A DNA stretch of 64,000 bases, taken from contig OZ316892.1 in assembly GCA_973895155.1 (NCBI GenBank), forward strand, positions 25,877,233-25,941,232, read 5' to 3'. Every line of letters starts with the position of its first letter. Position 1 is the stretch's first letter. The notes beneath the pieces are model-generated. The model did not search any database. It saw nothing but the letters and a program-made list of their open reading frames with translations, and had not been told where the DNA came from. This document shows, in pieces, positions 24,434-37,850 of this stretch. This stretch comes from Marsupella aquatica. Taxonomy: Eukaryota; Plantae; Marchantiophyta. The position numbers and the translations under genes were made by a program.

Positions 24434-27400
24434 ACATAGAGAATGCACACAATCTCAACCTACTCCTACAAGACACCAATGATGGAGAAACTCTTGAAGG
24501 ATCCATAGCTCATGAGAAAGTAACATGTGAAGAATGAGGGAGAGAATGCTCTCCCTCCAACCTATACCCCCCAAGGGGGACCTTCCACTTTCAAAAGAGG
24601 AACAATCTTCTCCATAACCTTTGAACTTAATTGCTTTGCGGGATTGGCACATGCAGTAGAGCCTTGCATCCCGCCTTGCATACACAGAAGAGTTTAAAAA
24701 AATTATTTGCATCAAAGGAGCTCAGATTTAAAGGAAATATGAGACACCATATTATGCAAGTCATGATATGAATGTCACCATTGCCCTATTTCAAACTACC
24801 CCCGTCGTATCGCTATTTGGTCTCCTGGAGGACAACAGAATGTTGTCTTTGTTCAACAATAATATGATTTGACTGTTTTTCTCTGCATCTCCATAACCAA
24901 TGTTTGTGTTTATTAGGGTTTTACTTCCCAATGTTGTTCTCTTTTCTTTGTTTTTCTTCCCCTCTATCCCCACTTCTCTCACTAATATTTTATTTTCTTG
25001 TCTTTTTATTCTTCTATCCATGGAAAAAACATGTAACATAAAATAAATTCTAATTTTTATTTTAGATATCTTCCTCAAATTCATCGTTATTGGTAGTAAT
25101 ATATAATTTAAAATTTTATATAACTAGAAAAAAAATTCAGCTTGTGATGTAATTAAAATCATTTCTAGATGGTCTTGAAAGCCACCACCAGCTTGGTGTC
25201 CAAATGTAGTCCACCACCAGCTTGGATACATTAACAAACCACTCAGTTTGCTCAAAACAAAGATTAAGATGAACTTGCATTTGGATTGAATTGATTATTT
25301 ATTAGGGTGAAAAGACTATCAATGGTAAACGATGTATCTTTCATCTTTGAAGACAAGTGACTTTTAACCTATATGTATTGTAGGCCAAGACATAATTAGC
25401 AGGAGGTTCTAATTTGCAGGAGGATGACATTAGCAGGAGGTTCTAATCAACGAGGTAAAGGAAACTGCCTTTTATATATAAAAAAATTAATCAAGAGGCA
25501 TATTGATAGTTCTTTGCGGTATCAGATTTTCTCAAAGTGTATGAGTTAGAACTGCATACTTCCTTATGTATCATCTTAAGAAAACATTGTTGATTGCATG
25601 TAGATTGAATCCAATAGATTAATAACAACAGATGAGTTTAATAAATTATTTTTAACTCATGTAACATGGTGAACTGCCATTAATCTGTTTGTGTGTCTGG
25701 CTTGTTTACTTGTAAGTATTTAGGGCTTTCAGAACAACAACAAAAGATTGAATCATAAATGTCATCAATTCAAAAACCGTGCCATTTGACATGAAACTCT
25801 AAACACACAATGTGTCATGCACATACATTTCAAAAGTCTTTCCCATGCAATTTGAGCAGATCATTTTGAACCTGGTTTGATCAGCTTGTATACATGGAAA
25901 ATATATCAATGCAGACCATTACGTACACAAAGTTTATTCATACCAGGATTCATGCAATCCCATACCGGCTTTTCTACTCATTGTTGCAGATTGTATATGT
26001 TTGGTCTTACTGTGGATTGCTGAAAGCTTCAAAGGTCTATTTAGAAACAGATCATGCAAAGAACTTATATTCTTGTCATTGTAGCAAAATAAATTATTGT
26101 TTTATGAGCATGTAAAATAACTATCTCGCATTGCATTGGTGTCATTAACATCCTGGGATTAGAAAATAATTTGTGTAGGAACAAAGTGATAGTTTTTATT
26201 TCATGAAAGGTTGCCTTTGTGGGAAACCAAGCAAAACCCTAAATCTAGACCACTGCTCTTTTGAATTGTGATAAATGGAGGCCTAAGAGGAAGTGCCACA
26301 ATTCTTCATTGTTATCAACATCTTGAATACCTCACTTGATTGTGAACTTTTACCCAAAAAATTGACCAGCTCATGGAAACAAAACTTTGAGAATACTTCA
26401 AAAATTAAAAACAATAGCAGTATTACATATATAGGATGAAGGATACATATAAAGAGCTTGGTATGGTTTTTTGAGTGGTGTGTCTTTTTGTGTTGAGGTT
26501 CTTGCCAGTAACGGTTGAATCAAAAGGATCTTACAACAATCTAAAATTCCCCTAAGTATTGATATTAGATTCATCTTTTCACTGTTTGGTCCCTTCTATA
26601 GCCATACTTGGATGGATTTCCTTTAGGTAACTAACTAAGGATCTAATTTAGATTTCCCAATCAATGTCTCCCCAAGTGACATCACAACATTATTCTTCAG
26701 ATCACGAGGTTAAATAATCCAATGACATCCTTTTAATTCCTCTAGAATCAACCACATGCATCACATTGGGAAAGATGGAGAAATCTCAAAACAGATTGGC
26801 AGTCCATCAGACAAACAAGACCGGTTTACTAGAAGAATATTCGTCCTCAAGGTAATGAGGATATCGGGGAGAATATATGCATGCTCAATTGTTGATCCAT
26901 CACTTTCTGTTCTACATCAATACCAAATCATATACATAAGATTAGATCAATTGTGTTGCTTTGCCTGGGCTTTCCATCTTTTGCATTGTAATGTATACAT
27001 TAACATGAGACCGTTCTCAAATTATGCATCTTCAATGGCCAATTCAATTCTTAGACAATGATTGTAATATCTGTTGTGCATAGTAATAAACAAAACAATG
27101 TCTACAAATTTATTGTTATGGATGCCCTCATAGTTGTAACCTTTTCTTCGTCAACCATGAAAATAATTGACTAAATATATGTATTCTCATTTGATTCAAA
27201 GTTTTGTTTGGTGAGAAAACCAATGCAAAGTGAAAGGATTTTGTCAACTACATATTGAAACTGGTGTGGAACTCATAGCAATCCAGGCAATGATCTTCTA
27301 CTCGTCAAGTGAGAATCAGCTGTCTAGTTTGCATGGCTTGTTGACTTGGGCAGGTTTCCCTGCATTTTTGCAAACTAAAAGTGTTGAGTTGTTACTTGCT

Positions 27401-28379
27401 CAGAGAAAAGTTTTGTCGAGACAAATCTTAAAGTATCATACAATAATAGTTGTATGTTCTCAGACTCCATAAGTGTTCAATCTTTAGGTTGTTCACCTTC
27501 TGGTCTTGTTGTTGCTTTCTCTTTTACCAAGAGGTACATTTGATTTTCTGCCTTTGTAAACTTTTTGTTGGCTCCGCTTGTTCACTTTAATAGGGTGTTT
27601 TAGTTTTGAAGTACTCTAAGAATTGAATACTTAGGGAGATTCTTTTTAATCAAATTTTGACAATCTAGTTTTAATTTTATGAAGATAGTTCTAGCCAAAC
27701 AGATAGATTGTAGTTTTCAGCTTCCTTGACTTGTTTTGTTCTTTTGAAATAACATCTACCTTCTTTTTTCCATGTTTCAAGACATGCCATTTCATTTAAA
27801 TGTCAAAGACATGCCATTTCATTTAAATGTCATGCCATTTTTTAAGTTAAGTGAAGAGTTGAATTTTACGACCTAGCTATTTTTTAGATATAAGAACAAA
27901 CTAGTTTTAGAACACTGTGTTGCTAGGCTCAACAACTCCTCGGAGTTGCATTAATTTTTTACCCCTAGTAGATAATATATGCCATGACTTTTCTAAAGAT
28001 TTCTCTATTTTGTTTTTGTGTTTTGCACATGAACCCTTGCTAAAATCTCTCTTGCTATGTGCTTTTGAAACATATATCTTGTCTGTGTGCATTGTTAATT
28101 TCAAGCAGAATCCATGTGCAATTTATTGAGAACAATGTAGTCTATCTGCAATAACCAGTTTGTGAGTTGCCTTAAAACCAATGACATGCATGATAGAATG
28201 CTAAACAAATAATAGATTCCCCTCCCTAAACCAAAACTCCACAAAAGGAAGATACAAGGAATCTCTTGTGTTGATCAATTCTTCACTTTGTTGTGAAACT
28301 ATGCAGCAAACTGAAGTTAGATTTCAGAGCAACACAAACAATTAAAGAAAAGTTAGAAAGTCTACAACAGTGAAACAAA

Positions 28380-28853
28380 ATGTCCATTAAGAGGAGGCAA
28401 AGGCTTGCAATGATAACCAAAAGGAGGAGATTACAACAAAAAAGAAAAGGAAAACAAAAAGTGTTGTCAGACTCTGAAGAAGAAGAACAAGAAGAAGAAG
28501 AAGAAGAGGAAGAGGAAGAAGAAGACCATGCACCTATTGTCACGTTTGTTGAAGCAATTGTTGATGATCCAGGGGAGGAAGGGGGAATATCAGCTACAAT
28601 TGCACGCCCAGGACCAAAGTTGGAACGAGTGCAATTCCATCTTGATGATGGAAGGGTGAATGTTCCAGAGGTGCTTGACCACTTGAACACCAGTGGGTTG
28701 CAGTTTGAGTCCAAGCCAGGAATTTGGCATGATCTCAGGTGCATGAGAACTGGGAAAAGTGCCAAAAAGTTTAAGCACATGCAAGAGGTTCACATAAGGA
28801 AGACAGGTCTTAGCAGTTGGTGGAATTCAAAAAGTAAGACCATTTACAATTGA
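28380..28853 (+). CDS. Hypothetical ORF with basic patch and poly-Glu tract (possible TE or pseudogene remnant)
   Basis: 157-aa ORF with KRRRLQQKRKGK then [16 protein letters not shown]; no family recognised. Confidence 0.3.
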   Translation: MSIKRRQRLAMITKRRRLQQKRKGKQKVLSDSEEEEQEEEEEEEEEEEDHAPIVTFVEAIVDDPGEEGGISATIARPGPKLERVQFHLDDGRVNVPEVLDHLNTSGLQFESKPGIWHDLRCMRTGKSAKKFKHMQEVHIRKTGLSSWWNSKSKTIYN

Positions 28854-29006
28854 ATCTGATCATATTGCTAGCAATTTCCCTAAACCCTAAACCCTGCTAG
28901 CATCCCAAATATTTTTACAATCATAATGTTTAGGGTTTAGGGACAAGTGCATTAAACGTATTTTAGGGAAAGTATCTCCCTAATCTCCCTAATTTACCCT
29001 AAAATA

Positions 29007-29425
29007 CTAGACAGAGAGTAGTTATATGGAACAAGAGCAAAAGGAGAGAAAGGGAGGTGCTGGGAGGGAAAAAGGAAAAAAAAACAGAGAAGTGACAAAA
29101 GGAAAAACTTCCTCTCGCCATGTGGCACAGTGCGACCATGCTTGTGTTAGTTGACTCTATTTCTTAGATATAGTTTGTTTGATCTTACTGGGGTTAGTTA
29201 ACCCTTGCTTACTTAGAGATAAGATTCACATAGCCTACACATCTTAGTCCCCTTGAAGGGGTATAAGGGGTTCAATAAGATGGAGAAAGATCATTCTATT
29301 CCTCCATTTTCACATGTACTCTGTCAAGCTTGAAACCTTCAGGAGGACCTCTATCATGGTGTAAGTATGGTTTAGGGTGAGATTTGAGTGCACTCTCATG
29401 TTCCATATCACTACTCTCTGTCTAG
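29007..29425. mobile_element. Tc1/mariner (Stowaway-like) MITE with ~27-bp TIR and TA TSD
   Basis: ta|ctagacagagagtagttatatggaaca ... tgttccatatcactactctctgtctag|ta; one mismatch in the TIR. Confidence 0.8.
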
Positions 29426-29874
29426 TATTTTCCGTCCAATTTCTTGCAGCTAGGAGCTAGCAATTTCTTTTCCTCACTATTTCTGCTTCACCTGCATTTG
29501 TTTGCCTTGCCTACATTTCCTTGCCTCACCTCACCTCACTTCAACATCTTTGCCTTGCCTTGACATCTTTTTGTGTAACACACGGGCATCAAGCTAAAAC
29601 AAAATAGATAGTTTTCACAACAATTGTCAATTGCAATGCATAAGTATCATAAGTGCCAACTGTAACTTGTTGACTTAGCTATGTGAAGACATATTGCACA
29701 AATACTTGTTTACAGTTGCTTCATTGTATTGCCACTGACTCCTAGCTCACTAATGACTATCATATAGGTCTGACACATAGTAAATGCTATGATGTTGTTG
29801 AAGACTCTGAAAAAAATCCATTCTAATGAAACATTGTTGGTATGAACTGGATAAGGTGATCTTCAGGTCCTTGG

Positions 29875-30567
29875 GTGGATGAATGGCTCGTGGAAGGGGA
29901 TACTCGAAAGATTTATTGTGCAAGAGTGAGTCGATTAAGTTGCAGAAATGGTGGTGAGGTGGTAGGCACTACAATTCGCTTTGAGAACCCTTATGGACTA
30001 TTGCTAACTGCCCATCATTGCTGCACATTTGCAGATCCTAACAATGGCAAACTTCTTACTAGAAATGACCTTGTTGCCTTTAACACATCAGTGGAAGTTG
30101 TCCACTTGTCTGAAAAGTATGATCTTGCCTTCCTTCTCCTCAAATCAGGCCCTTATGTGGGAGGGTTTAGACTCTCCACAAGGGCTGAGGAGAAGAGGGG
30201 TCGTGAAGTCCGTATGCTTTCATTTCCCTGGCATGTGGATCGTGCTTTTGGATTTGACCATGAAAATGTAGGCCCGACTGAGGTGCATGGGCATATTGCA
30301 AACCTTGGCCCTAAAGAACGCAAGTTGCCTATATTTGTGGATGCTTTGGCTACTTACATGGGTGGTTTTGCAGCAAGCCCTGGTGGTGCAGTCACAATCA
30401 ATTCCAAAGTTTTGGTTGGAATGCACATAAGGTACAGATATGAAATTATATTTTACCTAACTCTTATCCTAAGAAAATCCTTTGTCTTTGCAGAAACAAT
30501 GACCCTAAAATCTTCCCATCAAAGGATTTTTTCTTTGGACCATGCTGTCATGCTAGTTTTGCACTAA
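29875..30567 (+). CDS. Trypsin-like (Trypsin_2-type) serine protease domain; exon boundaries uncertain
   Basis: His motif LLLTAHHC, Asp motif KYDLAFLLL, nucleophile region GGFAASPGGAV..VLVGMH. Probable acceptor ~29866 and donor ~30432. Confidence 0.6.
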   Translation: MDEWLVEGDTRKIYCARVSRLSCRNGGEVVGTTIRFENPYGLLLTAHHCCTFADPNNGKLLTRNDLVAFNTSVEVVHLSEKYDLAFLLLKSGPYVGGFRLSTRAEEKRGREVRMLSFPWHVDRAFGFDHENVGPTEVHGHIANLGPKERKLPIFVDALATYMGGFAASPGGAVTINSKVLVGMHIRYRYEIIFYLTLILRKSFVFAETMTLKSSHQRIFSLDHAVMLVLH

Positions 30568-32717
30568 TTTTAGACACGGCAAAGCTCCAGCTTCCTGGCT
30601 TGTGATTCCTTGGTGCTCCAGTTCTTGGTTTGGCCCTTGTCCCTTTTCTCGATTGCTTGGGGGTCTCACTATATGGATGCCTCCCCATCACCTGCGATGT
30701 TTTTAGGGCCTCGGCCCCCTAAAATGTAAGAATTTAAAAACAAATCAACCCTATAAAGTTGGTTTGGAATATTCCAAAATTTGGTTAGAAAGACCCTAAT
30801 GCTCTTATATATAAGTCTCAAAATTGGATTTAAAAGTCTCTATTGTTTTTCTGAGAAAATTCTTAAGTTTTCCCTTCGAGCCAAAACAACCTTATCCTGT
30901 CGCACGTGATATGCCATTTTTGTGAAGTGAAACCCCCGAGCTTGGTTGCCTGTCTTATAGGAGTGTTTACTGACAGCCACTTGACCACTCCTCATTTTGG
31001 TTAGGAATTCAACTCTATAATAGTCTCCTCACTCATGTTGACTAATGCCATTTCCAACAGGGAAAAATATATTGGTTGGCAGCTAGTAGAAGTAGAAGTC
31101 TTAACAATTTGTTCATATAAATTAACCAGATGTTAGTGCAGGGCAATTTGGCATCAAAAGGGTGAGACTATTCTACCTTTCAGAGAACAGAGAAAGAGAT
31201 CTCAGCGAGGTGGGCGTCAAGACTGTTCTGCAAGAGAGGCAAGTAACTTCCATTTAGATGTAAATTCAAGACCATAACAAATATATTGAGTCATAAGATT
31301 GTCTCTAATAAAGAAAAGCAACAATCTAGGGAAAGTAAACTCTTCATGGGATAAATATTATGCACCAAGAACCATTCTGTTTTTTAGTTTTGTGTTTTTT
31401 TAATCCACCCACCTGGCCAAACTTAAAATATAGTTAGTTTACATTGTGTAGGATTTTGCTGAAACCTCAACACACAGAAAATCACTTAAGAAAAAGAAAA
31501 GAAAAATGCCAGCTCAATACAACAAAAGAAACTATTTTCAAGGAAGTTTGTCCCATGCCGAGACGTCCAAATCCAAACGACTTGATAAAGAAAATATTCA
31601 AGAAGAGCAAGTCGGGCGAGATGGTGCTGCAAAGTGTACTATGTATCATGGCTACTTGTCAACATATTTATCAGCAAGTCGCATTCAAGAAGAATATGAT
31701 GAGTTCGTTAGCTATTGGCGGGTGGGGGGCTTTAGTAAGAAGGCCGCCAGTAGGGAGGCTGATCAGTTTCAATATGTTACTGAAGAGGAAAATCATCCAA
31801 AAATAAAGAGAATAAAGAGAAGGTGGTAGAATGTTTTCAGTCATCTAGTTTTGAGCTCAATGGAGAGTAACTTTGGTACATTTCTAGACAGTCTTGGTCT
31901 CAATGAATTGAGTGTTGCGATGTTGCCTAGGGTTGCTTGTGCTAGCAATGGTTGTGATGAGTTGTTTCTTGACAAAATCTTGGTTTTTGAAGTTCATTGA
32001 GGAAGTTCTAAGGGACACATGGTATCACAATGTTAAAATTACCAAAGATGTAAACAGACTTAGGAAGGACCATGACATTTGAGAAATGCTTGGATACCTA
32101 TATGAGTTTGGGGAAATGTTTGAATTACCAAGGTAGCACAAACTACATGCATAAAACTCACCTGTAAGCTGAGGGGTTAAAAGGGGACCCCATTATGGAG
32201 ATGCTGCCGAACTCAGGCTTCTGGGTTAGGTTTAGAATGGACATGGAGGAAATGTGACAAAGACCAAGACCTTGGCCCGCAGGCCTCTTCCAAAGGGGTT
32301 TTCAGTGTGCCAATTCCATACTTCTTATATTCACCCGGGGTTTCAAATTGTGGAATGATGGCCCCCCTTACAACAATTACTGAGTGTTACGGTCCATAGT
32401 GCGTCAATCCACTTCCGCATATTGGCCCACTTTGGGACATTTCATTAGAGTTGAAAGGAGTCACAATTCATGTCTGCCACAAACAGGCCATCTCAGAGCA
32501 GGACAGGACTTATACCATCTGAAACACAATATTATTGTGCCACCCTTGCACAAGCCAGCAATATATGACCATAAGAATGCCTTAGACCACATATGAAGGC
32601 TTCTGAGATGCATACTCATGATGTGGCAGATTTTGATTTGCCCAAATGCTTGTGAAATCTACACCTGCCCTGCAAGTATTTGTCTCCCCTGTCTCAGGCC
32701 CTCTCAATTATCATGAC

Positions 32718-33112
32718 AACTCCCCTCACTTCCTGCCATCACCCTCCTGACGGCTTGGTAGCAGCTCCCATAAAAACTTGGGCAGCTTTTGTTCAGCCAG
32801 GGGCTTTCGACGTACTTAGTGTCCCCTATCTCAGACCCTCTCAAATATCATCACAAGTCCCGGCCAACTCCCCTCACTTGTTGCCATCACAGTCCTGACG
32901 GCCTGGTAGCAGTTCCCATAAAAACTCGGGCATCCTACTCCCATCACCTAAAGCAGAATAAGATGTATTGTGGTCCCCAGTTCCAAATACACCCCCTCAA
33001 TTGTTGCCATCACAGTGCTGACGGCCTGGTAGCAGTTCCCATAAAAACTTGGGCATCCTACTCCCACACCTAAAGCAGAATAAGATGTATTGTGGTCCCC
33101 AGTCCAAATACA
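32718..33112. repeat. Tandem repeat, ~3 units of ~125-150 bp
   Basis: cccctca.tt..tgccatcac..t.ctgacggc.tggtagcag.tcccataaaaact.gggca recurs at ~32720, ~32870 and ~32992; units 2 and 3 share the tail taaagcagaataagatgtattgtggtccccag. Confidence 0.85.
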
Positions 33113-34180
33113 CTACCTCCCACTACTAATCGAACAGTCTACCAGTGAGCTAGCTTGACCTATAGGCAAATTTGTTTTGGTGTGGGGCGAAGTCACGTGG
33201 GGTGGCAAGCCATGTAGAACTCTGAGAGGTGTGGTACTGATAGTGACCTCACTTATGTCATCCAAATGGTAAAAAATTCCTAGACTTGAAGAGCTCGGCG
33301 ATACAGACTTGAACGCCAATGGTGAAGGTCGAAGTTTATGACACTGCTGAAGCTCCAAGCAAAGGATAGTCCAGCTCCTATTGCTGATTCGAACAGCCCA
33401 ACAAATGGCTGTTACATCTGGTTGACCTTCTCAACCCTGTCTGTAAGTTTACAACGTTCTGCTGAAGTTGAGAGACTACATATTAGGAATGGGGACGTGG
33501 CGCATTGAAAACCAAATGGAACTCGATCTTGACTGTTACACATGCCAATGGATCAGTATCCCACACTAACGACAATAGGAGACGCCCAACCACTCCGTGA
33601 GTCCGAATGTCTCGCAATATTCAACTTAAATGCGTATTTACTGAATAGGGCTCCTCACATTCCGGTAGCAAAACTTTCGAGGAACTAAGGCCCACTTTTC
33701 AAAACATAGACCTAGCCCAGTCCTACAAAGAAAGGACATATTACGCCAGGTCGCTCTGATTTGTCCTTCCATGTTTTATCTTCTTATCGCCACTTCACAA
33801 ATCATGTGGAGCAGCAATTTGATTGTAAGTGCAGAAGAATCTCTCCTTCAAACAACTCAATGGCCGACAGATATTTCCTCGGAAGACAGGTATATTTGCT
33901 ACAAACTGTGGCTCACCAACTAAGGATCAAAGCTGCAAAAGAGCAAACTGAATCCTGGCAGTAGTTTAGTACGCCATACTGACCACAATTGTCGTTCCTG
34001 GCTTCAAGCCTAGACTAACGCTCTATTTACAGCCCAACTAATTAGCATCTATGGGCTTATTTAAATCTATGTCTTCGGCAAAATTGTTGTTCAGACCTTT
34101 TGAGTCATGAGCAATTGTGTGTCTACTACCACATGCAGCACTCCTCGCTGGTTCTCTTCCGTGTCTGATGCAGGGCCCAG

Positions 34181-37100
34181 TTACTTGATATATAGAAAGA
34201 GAGCCCGGTCAAATCCCAGGCTGCTGTTGGGTACCGCTTGGCTAATTTCTTCAACTGACTTGAATCCAATCTGCGAATCAACGCCACATTTCAGGGACAA
34301 ACAACATAATTGTCAGCAATAATACCTGGACCCATCCCTTGCCTTCTAGAACACCTAATAGCTTCCTGTTCATACAATTGCAAAACTGGTCAAGCTTACT
34401 GCAAACTCCTCCATGGAGATCACTCGAAAGCCAGAAGCTTGAAGCTAACATCTAAGACCGTACATGGCAACGACGCGCCCATTAGAAAATAATCTAACTA
34501 GCCAACCTAAATCATGGCTGCTATTGCACACCTTATCCAGAAGAACTTCCTTGAAATGTGCCGGGGTTATTCGAATATTTTTGAAACACTGCCGTGTGAC
34601 CTGCAAAAAATGATTGCAGGGCTTGAATTGGCCACTGAAAGGCTCCCTCATTTATAATTGTCCCTAAGTCTGCCTTTCTCAACTGTCACAGATTCTCGGC
34701 ATTCTAGGCCAACTTACAAAGACTACAGTTCCATAATATTTACTTACCATACAATAATTGCTCTGTCCTCGTGAAAAGAACATGTGACCATTCAGACGAG
34801 GACGCTTATAACCCACAAAGGCCCAAACAGAATGATATTGACGAGGAACCTCCATTCTAAAACTGAGACTGCCAAACCTATACAAAGTAAATATGCCCGT
34901 TGCTCATAATATTGACAAGAAAAATTTCACTACATACCTCTGAGACGTAAAACTTTTTCTGGTAAGATTTCCAAGGTTGTGGCTCCAGAATGAAAATGCC
35001 GCCCTAGATAAGAAATGAGCTAACATGTCAATTAGAGTTGCTTATGACATTAGTGGCTAGGCTGAGGTATCCTTAAAAATAACAAAACTGGACTGGCATG
35101 TTTATCTCAGCACACTAAAATTTCAAAGAATCCTCCAATAAAACGTACGTAGGTGGAAACCAACTATGATTGATCTGCAATGTACGGTAGAGCACAGTAA
35201 TCTTTGGGCTTGAAACCCCGGAAGACATGACAATTTGAGGAGATCCTTGTAGGCGGCAATAGTTTAAGTTCACTGTAATTTGAGAAACACGTACCGGACG
35301 AAGGATTCGATAGATCTTGGCAAACAAGCGAATCAACCCAGTATCGCCCCAATTCAAGTGTATCCATTTGGTCACACTCAAACTGCATATCAGCCAAGTC
35401 ATATTCACAAACCCCTGCGTTATATGCTAATTGGAACCAAAATGACTACCTCAAAAGAACCATAACATATAGAAATAATTGTACCGATGCTATTATTCCC
35501 AGTTGGGTACCGGCTTCTCAAGTCGCGATGAAAGGTCACTACGGTGCTCTTTCCATTCACCCCCTAGTCACCCCCTACCCTCGTTGTAGCAAACCGGGGT
35601 GACACAAAGGAAGTGTACAAAGCAAGTGTATAGTAGCGGTACATTTCTTTGTTGGCGCCCCCCTCTGCCAGAACAGGGATAGAGGTGGGCGAATGGAAAG
35701 AGAGCTTACAATTCCCAGATCTCACTCTTATCGTCAGCGAAATGTAATGAAAAAATGTTCGGCAGAGAGCCGTGGTCTAAATTTACCAGAGTACTGTATC
35801 GAACATGCCGTCCTTCTTGTAGTCGCCATGAGGAAAATCCGTGATAAACTGCTCCTCCCTAAATTTCACCCTCTGCAAGAGACTCTCAGAACCTGTACAT
35901 GGCCTATTGTCGTCCAACTCTGCGGCAGATCCGTTCCCTGATCTCTCGTTACATCTAACTCCTCTGTTATCGCAAACTCTTGAAACCACGTCTTCCTCCA
36001 ACGGTGCATCGTTCGGAGCTTCCGGTGCAGCTGCCTCTTTAAGATTGCTGATAGCTTTTCGAATCAAGACTGGTCGTAAGACAATGAACAAATAACGATG
36101 CTTAGTCCCAGAATATTTTCTAGACCAGCCTCATCCTGGCATCTACAACAATCTTAGTATTCATATGCACAGATTACAATAGCCAGAATTTTCTTCTTTT
36201 AAGTCTATCTAGCATAGTCGGGAATTGAAGCATTAATACTGTAGTCAACCTACTTCATCAATCCTTTGTCCCTACAATGGCGAGGTACAAGGGAGAAGGC
36301 CCCCAGATGAACTCCACAGCAGCTCGATAATTCCATAGACAATCCACATAATCACACGAACGGATAGCCATACATACTCTTGTCTATGTCCACGCCCAGT
36401 ATACTCCGGCACTTGTATTTCTGTGCTGAAAGCAGAATCCAATGGTTTGTAAATGTCAAAACCTGCTCAAATTTCTCAAGAGAGCCCTTGCTTAAATCTT
36501 CTATAGGGTTGAATTGAAAGGCATGACAGAGATCCACCTTCATCAGAGCTTTCGAGTCCTATCACTGCTGTCTCCGTTGCAAATATAGCCAAGAATGAAA
36601 CCGTTTATAAGTAAGAAAGAAAATTTGCCCATAGAAATAGCATTCCCTTATAAGAGATAAATTGGGAAAGTAATAATACCTATGGAGATGGTGACGAAGC
36701 CCTCATTACAGCCAACATCCAGGCAATCTTTTCCCTCGAACCATTCCCTTCTGAAGCACTTCAACCTCGGATCTTCATCCATCGTCTTTCCCAACTATGC
36801 ATCGTCACAGAATCTCAAAATTTAGAGACATTTCAACTTTGAAAACGTAGAAGATAAAAACGAACAAATCGCGTTCACAGATACACAACTAGAGGTCAAC
36901 CTTTTATAAATTGTTCACGGGTCTATCCGTTGCGTTTCTCATTTTGAACTGCATCTACGTCGACATTCTATTCGAATTCGCATCACTGCCTATGCAAAAA
37001 GAGGTCAGAATGCCAGATACTCCAATGCAGCTAAAGCCTTTCGACTCTCACGTACTGGCCACTCTTCAGCTTTGACTATACTACTGAAACCAACAAACTT

Positions 37101-37850
37101 AAAACCCATATGACACCCCAAATCCTAAAACCCTAAACCCTAGGTTTTAAACGATTTCACATATTCGTTCGGTTTCTTTTCGTCTGAGTGGATTTCTCTC
37201 CGTCCAGTGGGACATCTTGTGCACGGGAAGGAAAAGCAACACACCCGGTACCCGTAGTAGTGATGATAGTTCCCAAATTGGAAAACATACTCTTTCTTCT
37301 TCTTCTTCCCGCCGTCCTGCACCTGCACCTGCTGTCGCATTTGTTGTTTTTGTTGTAGCCCCTTCTCCGGTTGAGCACTGTCACCCTTGGGCCCCTTCCA
37401 CTTCTTGCTCACATGCTCCTCCTCTTCTCTCGGAGCGCCGTTCAACGCATTTGAATCTCTACCCCTCTTGCCGGGAATGCCATCAGAAAGTGCAGTCCCC
37501 GCCGGCACTTCCGAATTGGAATCCATTTTGCCATTGTGCTGGAATCCTTCATCCTCCTCCAGCTGCTGCTGCCCCTCTTCCGTCGGAGAGCAGCAAATCC
37601 CACCGTTCACATCTCTCCCCCACTCAACTGGCAGGCTATGAGAAAGTGGCGCCTCCATTGCCACTTCCGAATTGGTATCCAGCTTCACAGTGTTGTTCTG
37701 CGCTACAAGCTCCATATCACAGTCCATGTTGGAGTCAGCCTGGGACGCCTCTCCCTCCCGCTGCTGAAGCTCCTGCGGCTCCTGTTGTTTAGCATCATCC
37801 TCACTCTTCTTTGTCCCCGCCTCCTCGGCTTCAACAAATTCGATCGACAT
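34181..37850 (-). CDS. Bin3/MePCE-like (7SK methylphosphate capping enzyme family) RNA methyltransferase, 8 exons
   Basis: Exon 1 37850-37245 ends [14 protein letters not shown]. Later exons give [25 protein letters not shown] (36794-36680), [57 protein letters not shown] and [18 protein letters not shown] (TAA 34183-34181). These are diagnostic Bin3 motifs. Confidence 0.92.

Noticed and set aside
25300-28200. AT-rich tract with broken minus-strand coding-like pieces
   Set aside because: No recognisable motif or terminus, so it cannot be assigned to a family
28878-28945. aaaccctaaaccct motifs (also ~37126 and ~55426)
   Set aside because: Only 1-2 units each; ordinary interstitial telobox motifs, not a telomeric array
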